Of a DNA stretch of 64,000 nt, positions 59,187-64,000 are shown one piece after another. The translations under genes and the position numbers were made by a program. A model generated the notes under the pieces. It searched no databases. It had not been told where the DNA came from and was given only the letters and a program-made list of their open reading frames with translations. This stretch comes from Planctomycetota bacterium (GTDB taxonomy: Bacteria; Planctomycetota; Planctomycetia; Pirellulales; UBA1268). Location of the stretch: NCBI GenBank assembly GCA_014238855.1, contig JABAAH010000007.1, positions 3,000 through 66,999 of the forward strand, given 5' to 3'. The stretch's first letter is position 1. Every line of letters begins with the position of its first letter.

Positions 59187-59822
59187 ATGGCAAAACAGTT
59201 GGCAATCTTCGGTGGTAGCTTTAATCCGATCCACTTTGGACACCTTATCGTAGCTGAGTGCTGTCTCGAACAGGCCCGACTTGATCGGGTGCTATTTATG
59301 CCCGCCGCAACCCCGCCGCACAAACAGGACATTACTCTGGCTGCTCCTGAGGATCGAATTGAGATGCTGCAACTCGCTGTAGGCAGCCACGCTCAATTTG
59401 AAGTCGCCCCGCAGGAGTGCAACCGAGGTGGAATTAGCTACACAGTCAACACAGTCGAAAATCTCATCCACCAATTCCCCAACGAACACTTCTCTTTAAT
59501 ACTTGGTCCCGATGCTCTTCTAAGTCTCCCTTTATGGAAAGATCCACAAAGAATTCTTGCGTTGATTAAGATACTTGCAATCGAACGACACGGTATTGAT
59601 GATATTGAAAAGATAACTCAGCAGCCACAACTTAAAGAATTGCTGAGTGAAAAACAGTCATGCCAGATAAAAACCGACCGCATCCGAGTTCCTGCTATTG
59701 GTATTCGCGCGAACCAATTACGAGAAGCAGTAGCAACCGGGAAAAGCATTCGCTTTCGTACTCCGAGGAATGTCGAGCTATTCATTGCTCGCAAGCGGCT
59801 CTTTAGCACTGACACTCAGTAG
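59187..59822 (+). CDS. nadD: nicotinate-nucleotide adenylyltransferase
   Basis: AIFGGSFNPIHFGHL (HxGH) and the ISYTVNTV-type second motif. Confidence 0.9.
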   Translation: MAKQLAIFGGSFNPIHFGHLIVAECCLEQARLDRVLFMPAATPPHKQDITLAAPEDRIEMLQLAVGSHAQFEVAPQECNRGGISYTVNTVENLIHQFPNEHFSLILGPDALLSLPLWKDPQRILALIKILAIERHGIDDIEKITQQPQLKELLSEKQSCQIKTDRIRVPAIGIRANQLREAVATGKSIRFRTPRNVELFIARKRLFSTDTQ

Positions 59823-59853
59823 CACAACATTCGTCTATAAAGTCCGTGCCGTA

Positions 59854-60108
59854 TCAGCGACTTTGCAGCGTTCGCTTTAACAATTTGCTTACTGGCACAT
59901 CCTTCCAGCGTTCGTCCGCGGCAAGAATCCCTGCAAGCTGTTCCAATTGATCTGAGGGGAGGTCTAAAACATTTAAAAGAATATGGTGGCTAGAACCAAT
60001 ACGAACCTCACCGCTTGCAGTCTCACCGAGCGGCTCTTCTCGAACATCAAAGCCCAACTCACGTGCTAGTTGGATCGCTTCGGCAAGAAGTCCTAAAGTG
60101 TCAACCAT
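59854..60108 (-). CDS. hypothetical small acidic protein
   Basis: 84-aa ORF, last gene of a co-directional three-gene run. No family recognised. Confidence 0.45.
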   Translation of the reverse strand: MVDTLGLLAEAIQLARELGFDVREEPLGETASGEVRIGSSHHILLNVLDLPSDQLEQLAGILAADERWKDVPVSKLLKRTLQSR

Positions 60109-60152
60109 TTTTCAACAACAAATCTCTCACTGAATCCCTAAAATCCACTGAC

Positions 60153-60854
60153 TTATGGCCAGCCCGCAGGAAGACCTAATTCCTCCCGGCGTTCAGACGA
60201 GGCCCGACGGTATTCAACATATTTAGCTCTTTGCTCAGGCGTTGTCCTGTCAAGGATTCGACTTTTAAACCATTCATTACGATCGCCCTGCGACCGACTC
60301 GCCCACGAAGAGCGGCCACTACCCTGCCCTTGCCCCTTTCCGCCTTCGGCTTTCTGACCTTTTTCTTGCTGACTGTTTGCCGAAGGTTTCTGAGCATAAC
60401 GAGCAGCCAGGACTTCCGAAAATGCCTTATTCATTAAATCTGTTTGACGAATCTGCTGATCGAGCACTTGCTGCCGCTGCGCAGGAGATGCATTGAAATA
60501 GTCATCGATTCTTTGACGCATAGATGAATAGAAAACATTTCCGCTACCCCTATACATTTCACGTCGCACGTTGTCAGGCAGTCCTTCCATTTTATTCCGT
60601 ACTTTTTCCATAGACTGTACAAAAGCTCTTGCCTCACTTTGTGTCGAAGGACCTCCACCAGACAAATAACGCTTTCTGGCCTCCTCCTGAATTTCACGAA
60701 TTTCAACAACTCGTGGATCATTGGAGTAATCACGAGGTTGCAGAAAAAAATAGCTACAAATCAGCAGGGCTATCCCTACAGCTGATGCGATAATGAGCCA
60801 ACGCCTCATCACACCAGGCTTTCCAGAATTGTTCTTTCGAGTAGGACTCGCCAT
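60153..60854 (-). CDS. membrane-anchored protein with two LTxxQ-like (Spy/CpxP-type) motifs (hypothetical)
   Basis: N-terminal TM WLIIASAVGIALLICSYFF. ASPAQRQQVL and TTPEQRAKYV repeats. Gly/Gln/Lys-rich linker. Lies 3 nt downstream of the DUF1559 gene. Confidence 0.6.
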   Translation of the reverse strand: MASPTRKNNSGKPGVMRRWLIIASAVGIALLICSYFFLQPRDYSNDPRVVEIREIQEEARKRYLSGGGPSTQSEARAFVQSMEKVRNKMEGLPDNVRREMYRGSGNVFYSSMRQRIDDYFNASPAQRQQVLDQQIRQTDLMNKAFSEVLAARYAQKPSANSQQEKGQKAEGGKGQGQGSGRSSWASRSQGDRNEWFKSRILDRTTPEQRAKYVEYRRASSERREELGLPAGWP

Positions 60855-60857
60855 AAC

Positions 60858-61598
60858 TTATTTATTTTCTACATGACCATCAAGATATAGAAAATTACGT
60901 GCTCCATCGGGAACATCCCAATTCTGTCCATCGTCAGGATTATTATATTCCTTCACAGAACTCCCAAAAAATGAGCCACCTCCACCATGGAACGGCGCAA
61001 ATTCGTAAAGAATCCAAAGTTTGGACGATGCAAGATTGTCTCCAGAACGTCGTGAAGAGAGAGCTTCTACACGACTCTTTCCTCGTATCTTGTACTTAGA
61101 ATTAAGATCTGTTGTAGTAAGCCTTCGCTGTGGATACTCATAACTCGTTCCCTCAAGAGCCATGTTGCCCGACCTGTACTCTGCTGGCTTAGCTGCTTCT
61201 GGTATCGAAGCCAAAGCATTCTGAGAATCTATCACTGGCTGAGAGGAAGGATCGCGAACAAAGTAGGTGATATCTGATGCGCACCGAAACGTTCCCTCCT
61301 GGTTCTCAACATAAGGACCAAGTTGAGAAACAATTGTTGGATAAAGAGGACGACTACCACTTGTATAAAATGTTGGTTCAAGACTTGGCATCTGGGCTGC
61401 CACCGGAAATTTTCCTCGGGTGACTCGATCGAGGTACATGTTGAAAGCGATACCGAGTTGCTTGAAATTTGATTTGCAGGAAATGCGGCGAGCCGCCTCT
61501 CGTGAATTCTGCACTGCGGGAAGCAACAAACCGATCATAAGTCCGATGATCGCAATGACCACTAATAACTCAATGAGCGTAAAAGCTTTTCGTTTCAT
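60858..61598 (-). CDS. DUF1559-type protein with prepilin N-terminal cleavage/methylation domain
   Basis: [49 protein letters not shown]... with the C-terminal NFLYLDGHV. This is the hallmark planctomycetal pseudopilin-like family. Confidence 0.9.
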   Translation of the reverse strand: MKRKAFTLIELLVVIAIIGLMIGLLLPAVQNSREAARRISCKSNFKQLGIAFNMYLDRVTRGKFPVAAQMPSLEPTFYTSGSRPLYPTIVSQLGPYVENQEGTFRCASDITYFVRDPSSQPVIDSQNALASIPEAAKPAEYRSGNMALEGTSYEYPQRRLTTTDLNSKYKIRGKSRVEALSSRRSGDNLASSKLWILYEFAPFHGGGGSFFGSSVKEYNNPDDGQNWDVPDGARNFLYLDGHVENK

Positions 61599-61917
61599 TC
61601 AAGACAACTCCTAAAGATCGGATTATATGTTCACCTAAATCGCCCATTCCGTAAACCTGAACTATGAAACCAGCATATCCTGCGGGAACCTCGGGTGGGA
61701 GCATTTACAGCGTTCAGAGCATTCGTACGGAACGGATAAACTTGAGCGACTCACAGTGACTTCAACGGTCAAGTAGTGAAAAATGTTCGTAGATATCCAT
61801 ATGGAGTGCTTACGAGAGACCGTCGATCTACAAAAAGGGGCAGAGTTTGTACCGGAACCGCACAGTTCGTCCGGAAAACACTCTGTTTGAACTCCCTTTC
61901 AATTCGTCGGAGCATTC

Positions 61918-62748
61918 ATGCAATTCGCTGGCCACACACCTGAAATACCCTTTCCAAGGGGGGGGGCTATCGATTCGCTCGCTACAGATTACTCCCAAGC
62001 AGCGGCAGAGATTGAATCGCTCAAAGCACAACTGCTTGAGGCACGCAAACAGGCGACTCTCGGAGAACTCCTTGGAACAACAACACATGAATTTAATAAC
62101 GCACTGACAACGATTCTCAATTACGCACGGTTGGGACTACGCCATCCAGATAAAGAGACCCGAGACAAAGCTCTCGAACGAATTCTTTCTGCCAGCACAC
62201 GCGCGGCCAAGATCACAGCGAGTGTTCTTTCGATGTCTCGCAGCCACCGTTCATCAAACCGTATGGAACCTGTGAATCTCGTGCTCCTGACCGAGGAGGT
62301 GCTCGTCTTACTTGAACGTGAGATGATGAAGTATCGAGTACAGGTTGAGCGAGAATTTTCAGAAGTTCCCAAAGTCCTTGCCAACCCGGGTCAATTACAA
62401 CAGGTCCTCTTGAATCTTTTAGTCAATGCTCGCCAAGCAATGCCCGATGGTGGACGTCTTATACTTCGCATCGCTACTACCCCGGCAAGACAATCTGTAA
62501 ACTTAGTCGTTCGTGATACAGGCTGTGGCATGTCTCGAGAAGTCATGCAAAAAATGTTTGAGGCTAATTTTTCCACGAAGGCGGGACCTGATGAAACCGG
62601 AAAAGGTGGTACGGGACTTGGACTGGCTGCCTGCAAAGAAATTCTAGAAGCGCATAAAGGACGAATTCGTGTTGAGAGCAGCATTGGTAAGGGGACTGCT
62701 ATCACAATGCGCTTTCCATCCCTTCGGACAGTTGCCGCAGCTGGGTAG
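61918..62748 (+). CDS. soluble histidine kinase (coiled coil, HisKA, HATPase_c); no cognate regulator in the window
   Basis: H-box THEFNNALTTI, N-box LLNLLVNARQAM, DTGCGM, and G-box GGTGLGLAACKEI. Confidence 0.85.
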   Translation: MQFAGHTPEIPFPRGGAIDSLATDYSQAAAEIESLKAQLLEARKQATLGELLGTTTHEFNNALTTILNYARLGLRHPDKETRDKALERILSASTRAAKITASVLSMSRSHRSSNRMEPVNLVLLTEEVLVLLEREMMKYRVQVEREFSEVPKVLANPGQLQQVLLNLLVNARQAMPDGGRLILRIATTPARQSVNLVVRDTGCGMSREVMQKMFEANFSTKAGPDETGKGGTGLGLAACKEILEAHKGRIRVESSIGKGTAITMRFPSLRTVAAAG

Positions 62749-62793
62749 TTCTAGCATGTCAGCTTCAAGCTGCTTTTATGCGCAAAGAGTGTC

Positions 62794-63138
62794 TCAAGCG
62801 TTTTGCTTTTTTCGCCATTCACGATACAGCATGCATCCGCAGCCAAGGGCCGATACTGTTGCGGTAGTGGCGAGCGTCCAAAGGGGGACAATCCGCTCTG
62901 ACTTCACCACTGCCGGGTCAACCGCAGAATCAGCGAGATCAATTTCCTCAAGGCCCGCCTGCCGCCTCCAGCGTTCGATGGACGACTGCCTGCGCCCAAT
63001 GAAGCGACTCTCAATCTGACTTTGGCGAACGTCGAACTTTGGACGGATCAGCCCCAAACCAACAAGCGCCATCAACGAGAACATGAGCCCCCACAACCAC
63101 GGGCTATCTGTCAGCCGAAAGTCTGATGGGTGGGGCAT
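62794..63138 (-). CDS. small two-TM membrane protein (hypothetical)
   Basis: ATG 63138 is preceded by GGAGAA at 5-nt spacing (GTG 63141 is also possible). TM segments WLWGLMFSLMALVGLGLI and IVPLWTLATTATVSALGCGCML. Confidence 0.5.
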   Translation of the reverse strand: MPHPSDFRLTDSPWLWGLMFSLMALVGLGLIRPKFDVRQSQIESRFIGRRQSSIERWRRQAGLEEIDLADSAVDPAVVKSERIVPLWTLATTATVSALGCGCMLYREWRKKQNA

Positions 63139-63263
63139 CACAGTTCTCCATCACCTTTAATAGGCATTCATTTTGCTTTAGAGTACAAGTTGTTTCAGAG
63201 TACAAGATTTTCATCAAACCTATGACCATCATCACAAAAGCTACTGAACCAGGAAGACTGGCA

Positions 63264-64000
<737 letters not shown>

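Overview
This 64-kb window reads as ordinary core chromosome of a Planctomycetota-type bacterium. The lineage call rests on a prepilin-type [14 protein letters not shown] / DUF1559 protein, a secreted DUF1080+ThuA protein, a kinase-fold receptor with the usual planctomycetal N-domain, futalosine-route menaquinone genes, and a Rieske protein beside a cytochrome b/di-haem-c fusion. I support about 55 protein genes, arranged in short blocks of alternating strand. I recognised no rRNA, tRNA, CRISPR array, transposase, integrase or prophage.

Recognisable housekeeping genes: ispF, cysS, thiC, mgtE, aroF, gdhA, nrnA, ribF, ppx, nnrD, accB, accC, a PPi-type pfk, hisD, hisC, hisB, glyQS, comB-family, ubiE/menG, ubiX, mqnP, mqnE, recG, rnhA, priA, nadD and eno (partial).

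Most worth a second look:
1. A tight five-gene minus-strand operon (4096-8733) joins a DUF990-type ABC-2 exporter to a second UbiA-family prenyltransferase and a xylose-isomerase-like TIM barrel. The pairing resembles EboC/EboE and has no assigned role.
2. A complete four-gene ligase-associated DNA-damage-response cassette (exonuclease, ATP-dependent ligase, Lhr-like helicase, PdeM).
3. A receptor-like pseudokinase whose transmembrane segment and outer domain are separated by a frame break in an A7 run.
4. Two adjacent polysaccharide-modification genes that are decayed. The GT2 glycosyltransferase has one frameshift. The ExoV-like pyruvyl transferase has two frameshifts and an in-frame TGA.
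5. A histidine kinase with a CxxCH haem-c motif in its periplasmic sensor domain, sitting between priA and an rnhA-recG pair.

Three frame breaks fall in A/T homopolymers, so assembly error must be excluded before calling those genes pseudogenes. All family assignments come from motif-level reading of the translations. No database search was run.
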